Assembly: GCA_051294375.1 (NCBI GenBank)
Contig: CM119263.1
Coordinates: 16,486,308-16,550,307, forward strand
DNA length: 64,000 bases
Direction: 5' to 3'
From: Paraspadella gotoi
Lineage: Eukaryota > Animalia > Chaetognatha
Shown here: piece after piece, positions 1 to 13,486 of the stretch
How positions within the stretch are numbered: the first letter of the stretch is position 1
How the letters are laid out: every line of letters begins with the position of its first letter
Notes under the pieces: generated by a model
What the model was told of the DNA's origin: nothing
What the model saw: only the letters and a program-made list of their open reading frames with translations
Database searches by the model: none
Position numbers and translations under genes: made by a program

Positions 1-398
1 CCGGATTTGAAAAGGAAAGGCGTAGTCGTGGAGAGGAGGACCGAAAGATGAGAGTTGGAAAAAGTAAGCTTTTGGGGCGTAGAGGCTTTACTTATACATT
101 GTTATAGGTTCATAAAAAGAGTGAGACGACCGAAGAGAAAAGAAGTGAAGAGACATAAAGAATAGAAGGAAAGTAAACATGATAGTTTTGAAATAATGAA
201 TGCATAATGAAAAAATAATGAGAAGAAGTGTGTTATTTCAAGTAATGACTTGATCGTATGTAGTGGGGAAAAAAAGGAATGAAAGAAAACCAAAAAATAA
301 AAAAGGTAAAACACTGAAGGGAAATTAAAGGAAATCCGGAAACCGAAAGAAAAATAGAGGTGAGTTAGAAAATGGTAATAGAGAGGAAGATGGAAATT

Positions 399-651
399 AA
401 ACAAGAACAGTTATTCCAGGTGTTGCGCCGCATTACTTTCCTTTTTACTTATCATGTCATTTATTCCTTATAGTTTATAAGATTTCTTTAAAAACAAAAG
501 GCGGTGCCAGTAATCGCTTAGATTTGATTTTTAACAAATGAGCAACAAACTATATGCAAGTGGTACAGGACTGACGGCAGACATACCAACGGACCGACCG
601 AAAAGAGACTTATAGAGTTGCTCCGCAAGTACTCGCGGCGCAACTAAAAAA
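399..651 (-). mobile_element. Mirror copy of the HINE/DINE-1-like element (left arm)
   Basis: GTTGCGCCGC (422-431) and GCGGCGCAAC (635-644) inverted repeats plus the terminal palindrome. Confidence 0.65.
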
Positions 652-2230
652 TAGGGGATGAAAAATAGAGCTTAGAACTAAGAAAAATACAAGTTAACAA
701 GTAGGAGAATGGAGGGGAAAAATAGACAAATAGTAAAAAACAGAGAATGAAATGGTTAGAAAAAAAAGGTAGAAAAAATATGTAAATCGTGTCATAGAAA
801 AAAAAAGAACTGAGCCAGAGGGAAGGAAAAACATTGTCATTAACAAACTGGTTTATGAGTTAACTAGTAATTAAATATTTTACAGATCAAAAACGTAAAT
901 ATACAAAATGAGAAAGATAAGGTGGATGATGAAGAGAAATCGGAGGCACAGAGAAAGAAAAAAGGAGTAAGCGAGAAAATTAGAGATAAGTGGAAAAAGG
1001 AGACGAGAAAGATGCGATGGAGGCAGGAAAAAGAGAAAAACGCGGGAAGGAGGAAGTCTATGGATAAGAGTTTAAAAGGTAAAAAACAAAGAACCAGACA
1101 CCATCTGGTGTAACGACTTGGAATTACGATGTTAGGTAAAATTGAGGACAACAAATGGTACCTTTTTTTTCAGTTTAGTCTCCAATGAGAAAAGAAACTT
1201 TTAACTACGAAAAAAAATGTCAGCAGATTTTCCATCGTAATTTTTTGGATTTGTAGAGGTGCTAAAAAATAAAAATCCATCAAAGAAGATTGATGTTACG
1301 GTAAGGTCGTGCGTTAACTAATTAGGAGCTAAGGGAGAAAAATTTAAACAATGACGATAAATAGAGAAAAAAAAGATCCAAATGCAGTCATCATTTGTGG
1401 AAATAATATAAGAAAAATAAGAGAAAGAATAAGAAAAAAAAATGCTTAAAATAACGATAAGACGTTTGTGATTTCCAAAGCTGTTTATGATTAAAACGCA
1501 GAAAAAAATAGGAAACTCTAAAGCAAATAAATTTAGACGGAAAAAGACATTTAGTCCACAAAGAAAAAAGTAACCCAAAAAAAGAGGGAAATATTCTGAG
1601 GATCCCGGAAGAAGAGAAAACTAGTGGAGGAAAGAAAAAATGGAGGAATGTTTGCGAGGAAAGAAGAAGCAGCATCCATATTCTAAAATTAAAGGTCAGA
1701 GAAAGCGGCTCAGGCAGTGTCGGCGGCGGCGGCGGCGGCGGCGGGGCGCGGCGGCGGCGGACCTGAAAACAAATTACCCTTTTTTTTCTAAAGTCCTTCC
1801 TACTTTCTATTTTCTTTTTACGGCCTGTCTAAGGGTTTCCCTCACTGTTTTCGTCCCAATCTCACGTTTCTTTAATGCCCTTTCAAAAAAATGCCTTTCT
1901 TCTCTCTTTCTCTCTCCATCTCTCTTTCTCTCCATCTCCATTTCTTTCTACCTTACCTAGCAATCCTAGCAAGACTTCTTTATCAATCTTATCAATCAAT
2001 TTTAAAAATATCAATCGTTACCCCTTTTGTTATCACTCTTCTAATCACCGTTTAATATTTACCATGTTCCATTTCTGACAAATTGATCTGGCTCATTTTA
2101 TAATTCCTGGCATCAACATTCTCTGGAAGAAGAAGGAAAATTCTCTCGTTTCCAGTCGTTCTCTTTTTTTTTTTCTTTTTCAATTTATCATTTTCTTTCC
2201 CGCCATTTTGTTGTTGTTTTTCTGCCACAG

Positions 2231-2731
2231 GAACCCAAACCAGGGGACATTCACGAAACGACCTTTGATATAAATCTTACGATGCGAATCACACCCGGTC
2301 CGACACAGAGGAATTCTGCGACACGCAGTAACCCTGTCTCTTCCACGAGGCCGGGTCTTCCCGTTGTTTTACAACACAGAGTCACAACGGACGAATCTCG
2401 TTAAATTCTCTAAAAGGAACTCGAGATCCTCGGGATCGAACCGGTGACCTTCCCGAGAAATGACGGAGATTCTACCGACGCGACTCGCCGAGTAAGTCGT
2501 CGTCGTTATCGTTCGTCGTCGTTCCCTTCACATTATTCCGGGCGAACGACGAGATTTCCTTCTTTTCATTTCTCATTTTCTCATTTTATGTTTTCGTCTT
2601 TTGTTCCGGAGTCGTCGGAGGTTGTAGATTGTCGAGCCTCGCTCGAAATTTACGGGAGCTGGAAGCAGAGACTCGGCGAGGCGAAAGCAAGCAGAGGCAA
2701 GCGGAAGAGAGAAGATTATGAAAAGGAGAGC
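2231..2731 (+). other. Possible exon fragments of an unidentified gene (mirrored in the right arm)
   Basis: Polypyrimidine-CAG acceptor at 2230, GTAAGT donor at 2492, and a coiled-coil-like LSSLARNLRELEAETRR segment at 2628-2731. No family recognised, and indels between the two arms obscure the frame. Confidence 0.2.
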
Positions 2732-3479
2732 GTACGTGTCCTTTTCGTTTAGTCCATCATAGAGAGTGAAAAGATTTGACCGCGGCAGGAGGGAGTTGGG
2801 AGGGAGGAAGGGGAGAGGGCGGGAGGGGTGAAGGAGCAGCCGGACTCTCATCGAGTTTATCTTCGACCAATACGAGTCACCATCTCAAGCAGCTGAGTTT
2901 TTTTTTCGGATTTTGCGAAAACATTTTTTTTGGTTGCAAAATTCGTTATATCGCTTTATCCGTTTTCTTTCTCTTTTTTATTTGTTACGATTAATTTTCT
3001 TTCCGCTCTTTTCTCGAACTTTACACGTCCGTCGCTGTGACGAGCCTCCTAAGGTCGATGGCTTGAGTTTATAGAAATCTCACAATTTTATTTTTTTATA
3101 TGACCCATCCATCATTAATTCGATATTTGCCTTTGAATATTATCATTTCTTATCTATTAAATTTTTTATAATAATATCTGCGTGCGCGTATATAAGTCAA
3201 ACTCCTTAGTATTACTTCATTTCCATTCCGCAAACGTCTCCCTCTTATTCGAAAGGTGTCCCGTTTTTTCCTTCCGCGTACCAATTTTTTCTCTCCAATT
3301 TACTATTCCCAGTTTGCCATTTCGAATTCCCATCCCCAATTTGCCATTCCCAATCCTTCTCCCCAATTTCTTTATCCCAGTTCGCCCTTGTGGGCACGCT
3401 TGGCACAAGTGCCCCTTATACCAGGATTCAACGAGGCTCCCTGTCTCCATCATTTAATTCTTCACCTTCTCTCTCTCTA

Positions 3480-3530
<51 letters not shown>

Positions 3531-3552
3531 ATTCTCTCTCTTCTCTCCTCTG

Positions 3553-3594
<42 letters not shown>

Positions 3595-3928
3595 CGGCAT
3601 CTGCCCTTTCTCTTTCTTCTCACTTCTACGTTACATTCTTTTTTCTTTTTTTCAAAAGAAAAAAAATATTCTTTAAAGTTTCCCTCTCATTTTAACAGGG
3701 CCTTATGAATCTTCAAGCACAAGGGACAACAACAGCGATCCAATACCCCTATGCTTCATTTATCTCCCTGTAGGCCATCTTCGACAACACCACTACTAAG
3801 CACAAAAATTCCATAGCCGGACTACGTCTATCATCTTCCGGTTCTTCCGTTCTCATTTTTTTGTTTCCTCACACATTTTTTTTTTTTTTATCTAACTCTT
3901 TTTCATTTTTACAATCAACTGGCCACAA

Positions 3929-4102
3929 TCCTCTGACACCCCAACACCTCCTCCACATCCTCTGACACCCCAACACCTCTCCACATTCTCTGACACTCCA
4001 ACGCCTCCTCCATATCCTCTGACACCCCAACACCTCCATTTCCATCCTCTGACACCCCAACACCTCCTTCCACCATCCTCTGACCACCCACACTCCTCCA
4101 CA
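3929..4102. repeat. Minisatellite, ~29-bp unit x6 (mirror copy at ~5985-6162)
   Basis: TCCTCTGACACCCCAACACCTCCTCCACA repeated in tandem. Confidence 0.9.
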
Positions 4103-5043
4103 TTTAACTCCCGATTTCGCCATCCCGATTGCGCGGAACCAAATCTCGCTGAGGCGCTGATTTGCGTGCCACTCCTCCGCCACTTCCTTCCATCCCGACG
4201 TCGGTTGTCCCGGCGCGCCCGGCGCCGTCCACTTCGCGCACACCACGGCATTGGGGGCGAGGCTTGGAAGGCGCTTCCTTCGCGCCATCCGAGGCCAAGA
4301 GCTTTTAACCCCTCGCCGCCTGAATCCGCTGGGGAGGAGGAGAAACTTAAATTTCACTTGCAGATAAGAACTCGTTCTTTGAGCCTCCTTCCCTTTTTTT
4401 ATACCCAAAAACCACTTCCCATCTGCGAAACTCGCTCCCATCTGTGAGTCCCAGTATCATCTTCAAAAGGGACTTAAAATTGTGAATGTGACTGCCATCT
4501 TCAAAACTCTTTTCCGTTTTCATCTGTTGAAACGAAGTTCCATCTAAAAAGTCCCATCTGATTAGAATTACTACCGTCGGTGAAAGACACTCACAAACCA
4601 CGAAAGACTCTTTCGTACTAATCAACAAAAACTCACTCCACATACTATTTCGTTCGAAATTTAAATCAGTGAAAACAAGTCTCGACTCCCTTAACTCCGG
4701 CTACGTTTTTCTAAATAAAAAAAAACACGAAAAAAGAATTAAGAAAAAAAACCAAGGATAAGAAAAACGAAAAGAAAAAAAAAGGATAAAAAAGAAAAGA
4801 ATCAGACAGAGGGCGTGAAGCGGCGAGCAATAAAACCAAGAGCGACCATCCATCTATTTGAGCCCGGCCCGGCCGCGGCACCGTCTAGACTCCAAGAAAA
4901 CACGGAAATGGAATCTTTCCATTAAGTAAAAATGAATAAAAATGAAGAGAGAGAAAAAAAAACAGTTTCCTCTTTTTTTAGTTACAGGGAAAAACGGTCG
5001 CCATCTGTACTGTTATTTCCCTTGGTGGGCGAAATCCGTATAC

Positions 5044-5075
<32 letters not shown>

Positions 5076-5117
5076 TCCTCTCTCTCTTCTCTNNNNNNNN
5101 NNNNNNNNNNNNNNNNN

Positions 5118-6503
5118 GAGGAAACTATTTTTTTTTCTCTCTCTTCATTTTTATTCATTTTTACTTAATGGAAAGATTCCATTTCCGTGTTTTCTTGGAG
5201 TCTAGACGGTGGGCCGGGCCGGGCCGGGCTCAAATAGATGATGGTCTCTCTTGGTTTTATTGCTCGCCCTCACGCCCTCTGTCTGATTCCTTTTCTTTTT
5301 TATCCTTTTTTTTTCTTTTCGTTTTCTTATCCTTGGTTTTTTTTTCTTAATTTTTTTTCGTGTTTTTTTTATTTAGAAAAACGTAGCCGGGAGTTAAGGG
5401 AGTCGAGACTTGTTTTCACTGATTTTAAATTTCGACGAAATAGTATGTGGAGTGAGTTTTGTTGATTAGTACGAAAGAGTCTTTCGTGGTTGTGAGTGTC
5501 TTTCACCGACGGTAGTAATTCTAACAGATGGGACTTTTTTAGATGGAACTTCGTTTCACAGATGAAAACGGAAAAGAGTTTTGAAGATGGCAGTCACATT
5601 CACAATTTTAAGTCCCTTTTGAAGATGATACTGGGACTCACAGATGGGAGCGAGTTTCGCAGATGGGAAGTGGTTTTTGGGTATAAAAAAAAGGGAAGGA
5701 GGCTCAAAGAACGAGTTCTGATCTGCAAGTGAAATTTAATTTCTCCTCCTCCCCAGCGGATTCAGGCGGCGAGGGGTTAAAAGCTCTTGGCCTCGGATGG
5801 CGCGAAGGAAGCGCCTTCCAAGCCTCGCCCCAATGCCGTGGTGGCGCGGAAGTGGACGGCGCCGGGCGCGCCGGGACAACCGACGTCGGGATGGAAGGAA
5901 GTGGCGGAGGAGTGGCACGAATCCAGCGCCTCAGCGAGATTTGGTTCCGCGCAATCGGGAATGGCCGAAACTCGAGGAGTTAAATGTGGAGGAGGTGTTG
6001 GGGTGGTCAGAGGATGGTGGAAGGAGGTGTTGGGTGTCAGAGGATTGGAATGGAGGTGTTGGGGTGTCAGAGGATATGGAGGAGGCGTTGGAGTGTCAGA
6101 GATGTGGATGAGGTGTTGGGGTGTCAGAGGATGTGGAGGAGGTGTTGGAGGTGTCAGAGGATTGTGGCCAGTTGAATTGTAAAAATGAAAAAAGAGTTAG
6201 ATCTAAAAAAAAAAAAAAATGTGTGAGGAAACAAAAAAATGAGAACGGAAGAACCGGAAGATGATAGACGTAGTCGGCTATGGAATTTTTGTGCTTAGTA
6301 GTGGTGTTGTCGAGATGGCCTACAGGGAGATAAATGAAGCAGGGGTATTGGATCGCTGTTGTTGTCCCTTGGCTTGAAGATTCATAAGGCCCTGTTAAAT
6401 GAGAGGGAAACTTTTAAAGAATATTTTTTTTCTTTTTGGAAAAAAGAAAAAAGAATGTAACGTTAGAAGTGAGAAGGAAAGAGAAAGGGCAGATGCCGAA
6501 GAA

Positions 6504-6539
<36 letters not shown>

Positions 6540-6617
6540 AGCAGAGGAGAGAAGAGAGAGAACGACGATGAGAGAGAAGAAGAGAGAGAAAGAGACGAGA
6601 GAGATGAGAGAGAGAGA

Positions 6618-6649
<32 letters not shown>

Positions 6650-8346
6650 AGGTGGAAGATTAAATGATGGGAGACAGGGAGCCTCGTTGAATCCTGGTAT
6701 AAGGGGCACTTGTGCCAAGCGTGCCCCACAATGGCGAACTGGGAATAGAAAATTGAGGGAGAAGGATTGGGAATGGCAAATTGGGGATGGGGAATTCGAA
6801 ATGGCAAACTGGGAATAGTAAATTGGAGAGAAAAATTGGGTACGAGGAACGACACTTCGAATAAGAGAGACGTTTTGGGAATGGGAAATGAAGTAATACT
6901 AAGGAGTTGACTTATATACGCGCACGCAGATATTATTATAAAAAATTTAAATAGATAAGAAATGATAATATTCAAAGGCAAATATCGAATTAATGATGGA
7001 TGGGTCATATAAAAAAATAAAATTGTGAGATTTCTAAAACTCAAGCCATCGACCTTAGGAGGCGTTCACAGCGACGGACGTGTAAAGTTCGAGAAAAGAG
7101 CGGAAAAGAAAATTAATCGTAACAAATAAAAAAAGAGAAAGAAAACGGATAAAGCGATATAACGAATTTTGCAACCAAAAAAAATGTTTTCGCAAAATCC
7201 GAAAAAAAACTCAGCTGCTTGAGATGGTGACTCGTATTGGTCGAAGATAAACTCGATGAGAGTCCGGCTGCTCCTCATCCCCCTCCCGCCCTTCTCCCCC
7301 TTCCTCCTCCCACTCCCTCCCTGCCGCGGTCAAATCTTTTCACTCTCTATGATGGACTAAACGAAAAGGAACACGTACGCTCTCCTTTCATAATCTTCTC
7401 TCTTCCGCTTGCCTCTGCTTGCTTTCGCTCGCCGAGTCTCTGCTTCCAGCTCCCGTAAATTTCGAGCGAGGCTCGACAATCTACAACCTCCCGACGACTC
7501 CGGAACAAAAGACGAAAACATAAAATGAGAAAATGAGAAATGAAAAGAAGGAAATCTCGTCGTTCGCCCGGAATAATGTGAAGGGAACGACGACGACGAT
7601 AACGACGACGACTTACTCGGCGAGTCGCGTCGGGTAGAATCTCCGTCATTTCTCGGGAAAGGTCACCGGTTCGATCCCGAGGATCTCGAGTTCCTTTTAG
7701 AGAATTTAACGAGATTCGTCCGTTGTGACTCTGTGTTGTAAAACAACGGGGAAGACCCGGCCTCGTGGAAGAGACAGGGTTACTGCGTGTCGCAGAATTC
7801 CTCTGTGTCGGGACCGGGTGTGATTCGCACGTAAGATTTATATCAAAGGTCGTTTCGTGAATGTCCCCGGTTTGGGTTCCTGTGGCAGAAAAACAACAAC
7901 AAAAGGGCGGGAAAGAAAATGATAAATTGAAAAAGAAAAAAAAAGAGAACGACTGGAAACGAGAGAATTTTTCCTTCTTCTTCCAGAGAATGTTGATGCC
8001 AGGAATTATTAAAATGAGGCCAGATCAATTTGTCAGAAATGGAACATGGTAAATATTAAACGGTGATTAGAAGAGTGATAAAAAAGGGGTAACGATTGAT
8101 ATTTTAAAATTTGATTGATAAGATTGATAAAGAAGTCTTGCTAGGATTGCTAGGTAGGTAAGAAAGAGATGGAGAGGGAGAGAAAGAGAGATGGAGAGAG
8201 AAAGAGAGAAAGAAAGGCATTTTTTGAAAGGGCATAAAGAAACGTGAGATTGGGACGAAAACAGTGAGGGAAACCCTTAGACAGGCCGTAAAAAGAAATA
8301 GAAAGTAGGAAGGACTTTAGAAAAAAAGGGTAATTTGTTTTCAGGT

Positions 8347-8379
<33 letters not shown>

Positions 8380-10120
8380 NNNNNNNNNNCGACACTGCCT
8401 GAGCCGCTTTCTCTCGACCTTTAAATTTAGAATATGGATGCTGCTTCTTCTTTCCTCGCAAACATTCCTCCATTTTTTCTTTCCTCCACTAGTTTTCTCT
8501 TCTTCCGGGATCCTCAGAATATTTCCCTCTTTTTTTGGGTTACTTTTTTCTTTGTGGACTAAATGTCTTTTTCCGTCTAAATTTATTTGCTTTAGAGTTT
8601 CCTATTTTTTTCTGTTTTAATCATAAACAGCTTTGGAAATCACAAACGTCTTATCGTTATTTTAAGCATTTTTTTTCTTATTTTTCTCTTATTTTTCTTA
8701 TATTATTTCCACAAATGATGACTGCATTTGGATCTTTTTTTTCTTCTATTTATCGTCATTGTTTAAATTTTTCTCCCTTAGCTCCTAATTAGTTAACGCA
8801 CGACCTTACCGTAACATCAATTCTTCTTGATGGATTTTTAGTTTTTTAGCACCTCTACAAATCCAAAAAATTACGATGGAAAATCTGCTGACATTTTTTT
8901 TCGTGGTTAAAAGTTTCCTTTTCTCATTGGAGACTAAAACTGAAAAAAAAGGTACCATTTGTTTTCCTCAATTTTACCTAACATCGTAATTCCAAGTCGT
9001 TACACCAGATGGTGTCTGGTTCTTTGTTTTTTACCTTTTAAACTCTTATCCATAGACTTCCTCCTTCCCGCGTTTTTCTTTTTCCTGCCTCCATCGCATC
9101 TTTCTCGTCTCCTTTTTCCACTTATCTCTAATTTTCTCGCTTACTCCTTTTTCTTTTCTCTTGTGCCTCCGATTTCTCTTCATCATCCACCTTATCTTTC
9201 TCATTTTGTATATTTACGTTTTTGATCTGTAAAATATTTAATTACTAGTTAACTCATAAACCAGTTTTGTTAATGACAATGTTTTTCCTTCCCTCTGGCT
9301 CAGTTCTTTTTTTTTTCTATGACACGATTTACATATTTTTTCTACCTTTTTTTTTCTAACCATTTCATTCTCTGTTTTTTACTATTTGTCTATTTTTCCC
9401 CTCCATTCTCCTACTTGTTAACTTGTATTTTCTTAGTTCTAAGCTCTATTTTTCATCCCCTATTTTTTAGTTGCGCCGCGAGTACTTGCGGAGCAACTCT
9501 ATAAGTCTCTTTTCGGTCGGTCCGTTGGTATGTCTGTCCGTCAGTCTGTCCCACTTGCATATAGTTTGTTGCTCATTTGTTAAAAATCAAATCTAAGCGA
9601 TTACTGGCACCGCCTTTTGTTTTTAAAGAAATCTTATAAACTATAAGGAATAAATGACATGATAAGTAAAAAGGAAAGTAATGCGGCGCAACACCTTGGA
9701 ATAACTGTTCTTGTTTAATTTCCATCTTCCTCTTATTACCATTTTCTAATCTTCACCTCTATTTTCTTTCGGTTTCCGGATTTCCCTTTAATTTCCCTTC
9801 AGTGTTTTACCTTTTTTATTTTTTGGTTGTTCTTTCATTCCTTTTTTTCCCCCACTACATACGATCAAGTCATTACTTGAAATAACACACTTCTTCTCAT
9901 TATTTTTTCATTATGCATTCATTATTTCAAAACTATCATGTTTACTTTCCTTCTATTCTTTATGTCTCTTCACTTCTTTTTCTCTCCGGTCGTCTCACTC
10001 TTTTTTATGAACCTATAACAATGTATAAGTAAAGCCTCTACGCCCCAAAAGCTTACTTTTCCAACTCTCATCTTTCGGTCCTCCCTCTCCACGACTACGC
10101 CTTTCCTTTTCCAAATCCGG
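5118..10120. repeat. Right arm of a large inverted duplication
   Basis: Begins right after the 25-N gap (5093-5117); ...CCAAATCCGG at 10111-10120 mirrors position 1. Confidence 0.97.
9463..9716 (+). mobile_element. HINE/DINE-1-like non-autonomous Helentron-type element
   Basis: T-run, 5' palindrome AGTTGCGCCGCGAGT/ACTTGCGGAGCAACT, GTCY-type microsatellite, 3' subterminal inverted repeat GCGGCGCAAC (9683-9692), ending CTTGTTT. Confidence 0.65.
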
Positions 10121-11609
10121 ATGTTGTTTCTCGTAATGCGTTTCCATGACGACCATGGAGGCCGGGTTCAGCCTCCCGGTTAGGGTTTCTATGGGAACGG
10201 TGGGACGCAATGCGCGCAGAATCCCTCCTGCGGTTTTGTATTTGTTTTCTGTTTTTTTTTTTAGGAGAGGAAGGAGGGAGGGTGAGTTAGGGGCACACCG
10301 CACACGTGTTCTCCTCACCGTGCATTCGAAAATTCTTCTGGTCGCTTTTGTGAAATTATGAAACTGTTTACTTGTATACCAAATTCGCATAATTACCTGT
10401 ATACGACTTTTTATTTTAAAAAGGGTTATGAACAATTATTATCAAACTGCATTAGAATGACGATAGAACAAAAAACAAGTTGATACATCAAAGTGAGTAG
10501 TTTTTTTTGGCCATTTTGACCAACCTTGAACATACTAATTTTTTTCTCAAACTTTTTCTCCTTTGCTCAATGCCGATTCTTGACGTTTCTTTCCTTTGGT
10601 TTCTTCTGTTTATTTTAAGACTCAGTTATACACCGTACAAAGAATTTCGAGGTTGTTCTCCTACTATTTCGTATCACGAGGTTGTTTCTCCCCCTTCGAA
10701 GAAAAAAAAAAGGAAAACGATTTCTTCGTTGGGGGAAAGAGGAAAAGCGAAATGAATCTTAGCGAGCGCGAGGTTTGTTTACGTTGTAAATTTCCGCTAC
10801 TCGCTCCAAAAAATCAGCCAGAGGGGGGGGGGCAGAGGAGGGATGGCTGCTGACTCTGGAGGACAAAATGGCGGATTGTAGGAGCAAACGGGCGAGTGGA
10901 GTGGCGAAATCGAGAGGCGAACGTGGGTCAGTTGAGAGGAAGCATCTTTGCTTCTAGATGGCAGATTACTTTTTCAAATACTATATCCAATGAATATTAT
11001 CCATGATCCACATTGTGAATTCCCCAATGGCTCGAGCAAGTCTGTGAGGTGGATTGTTTTCCTCCCGACGTTTTTAAGATCGAGTTCCAATTGAGGCTGA
11101 AAAGAAAAAAGCGGAAAAGTGACGCATAAGACGTGAATAACCGGGGTTATGCCGTAAAAAAAACGAGTCGGAGAGACGGAGCGCGTTCCAAAATAGTACG
11201 TGAGAAGATTTCATCACCGAGGGGCTTCATATTGTGAATCGGCTACAAAGGGAGGCTTTCACTCCGAAGCTCGTGATTGAGGAAAGATCCGTGATCAAAG
11301 ATTCACGAACGTCGGCTACTCCTCATTCGCCCGCGATTCGGTTTCGGTTCCTCGATTCGCTACGATCAATTGTCTTCTGATTTTCCTCGCGAGGCCGTTG
11401 CAATCATTGTTTGTTTCCCTGGCCTTTGATTCCCGACTCGGCATTCTTTGATTTCTTACTGTTTATATAGTGTTGTAGTTTTTAATCCTTTAGACTCAGT
11501 TATTGTGGGTTCAATTACGATTAAAATACGATTAGATTCTGATTTAAAAAAATGAAAAAATCAAATTAGGTATTTTGTGCATTTTTCGATCGTAGGAGAG
11601 AGAGCGAAT

Positions 11610-11649
<40 letters not shown>

Positions 11650-12221
11650 CTTCGCGGACTCGATTTCACAGTAGGAAAGTCCTCCTTGTTATCGATATCA
11701 TAGTGGGCGGTTAAAAAGAGAGAAAATCACTGACGCCTTATTCAGCGCCAACGACTTTAGTGATTAGACATTGAGTCAGTTTTTCAAATCATCATTGTAC
11801 TTAGATATAGAAAGTTACAAAGCAAGTAAAGCAAGGGTAAATACGTTACTTTTACGATCTTGTATCATCCCTTTGACGGCGACAACAGTGACGCACCAAC
11901 ATGAATGAAATCGAAGATGGCGACACTCGTCGATTCTCATCATCATCGAATTTTCTAGTTATTTCTTTGTATTTTTTTTAACTTCCGTTTCCGTGCATCC
12001 CCAGCATCCACAGCACGCCTATCACATCCTTTCACACTTTTAAATCGAGGGGTCACATTTTATACCTTCCATTCTTCTTTACCAACATATTTTCTATAAA
12101 AATTAAGTCATTTCCTTTCGCATGTGTTTTTGCCCTCCTATTTGAAATCTTAAAAATATTTTAATTCGTTCCCAGTTTCCCTTCTATTAACTCTTTATTT
12201 TTGTTATTTTTCTACTCTTTC

Positions 12222-12560
12222 TTTTTTATTTTTTTAAACCTCTTTCCTTTTCCTTTTTTCTTTTCCTTTCCTTTTCTTTTTTAAAACCTCTTTCCCTTTT
12301 TTTTCTTTCTTTTCCTTTTATTTTTTTAAACCTCTTTCCATTTTTTCCATTATTTTCCTCTTTTTTTAAACTTCTTTCGTTTTCCTTTTTTCTTTTCTTT
12401 TCCTTTTCTTTTTTTAAACCTCTTTCCCTTTTTTTCCTTTCTTTTCCCTTTCTTTTTTTTAAACCTCTCTCCCTTTTTTTCCTTCTTTTCCTTTTCTTTT
12501 TTAAAACCTCTTTCTCTTTCCTTTTTTCCTTTCATTTCCTTTTCTTTTTTCCTTCTTTTT
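12222..12560. repeat. Pyrimidine-rich minisatellite, ~45-bp unit
   Basis: TTTTAAACCTCT anchor recurs at about 12236, 12284, 12328, 12417, 12461 and 12505. Confidence 0.8.
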
Positions 12561-13135
12561 TTCCCATGCTCCTTCCCACGTTGATTGACGTCATTCTCTC
12601 CAACGGATATCGATGTTTTCGTCGACGACAAAATCTTTCTCGGGCTCAAGAGTCAAGACTCGAGACTCACTCAACTCACTCTCCATCATTTTCACACCCT
12701 CGCTGTTTTTCATCGCTCTTCACATTCCTCCTCGCATTAGTCAAAGTTCACTATCTAATTCTCCTCTCATTTTCTTTTACCTTATTCTCCGCTGATGGTT
12801 ATCAGTTTTTTTTACTCTCTCGTCCAATATCTTTACGCCTCGTTAGCTCTCTCTTGAGTCTTTTGCTTCCTCTGTTCATTAACACAAATAATAAAAGAGT
12901 TTATTTTCTTCTCTCTTTTTTACTCTTTTTTAAACTTTTTTTTTACATATTTCCATATCCACAGCCTCCAAAATTTTAGTATTTTAGTATGATTTATCTC
13001 TCTCTCTCTCCTTCGCTCTCTCGTCAGTTAAACCGCGAATCACGCTCATAATCACCTTCAACCCTTTAGCAAATTACTTTCGCTCGCGCACTTTATCCCA
13101 AATCAGTTCGGCGGCCTATCTCTCTCTCTCTCTCA

Positions 13136-13183
<48 letters not shown>

Positions 13184-13187
<4 letters not shown>

Positions 13188-13253
13188 TACTTCACCATCT
13201 CGAGCCATTCTGATTTTTTTCTTTCTCGATGAAGGTGATTATTTTTTGACGAC

Positions 13254-13302
<49 letters not shown>

Positions 13303-13366
13303 TACTTCACCATCTCGAGCCATTCTGAATTTTTCTTCTCGATGAAGGTGATAATTTTTTGACGAC

Positions 13367-13423
<57 letters not shown>

Positions 13424-13486
13424 TACTTCACCATCTCGAGCCATTCTGAATTTTTCTTCTCGATGAAGGTGATAATTTTTTGACTA

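Larger units (their letters stand above)
1..4972. repeat. Left arm of a large inverted duplication (may extend upstream of the window)
   Basis: Reverse complement of 5118-10120 along its whole length; mirrored ORFs in the track (e.g. 864..1154- vs 8959..9225+). Confidence 0.97.

Noticed and set aside
3256-6818. Long ORFs rich in SLSL, ERER or CWGVRG
   Set aside because: They are translations of AG/CT microsatellites and the 29-bp minisatellite. The same applies to similar ORFs throughout the window.
10864-10922. AAAATGGCG (YY1-like or start-codon context) with a short ORF and GT donor
   Set aside because: The implied first intron is only about 35 nt, no recognisable protein results, and the motif recurs elsewhere without genes.
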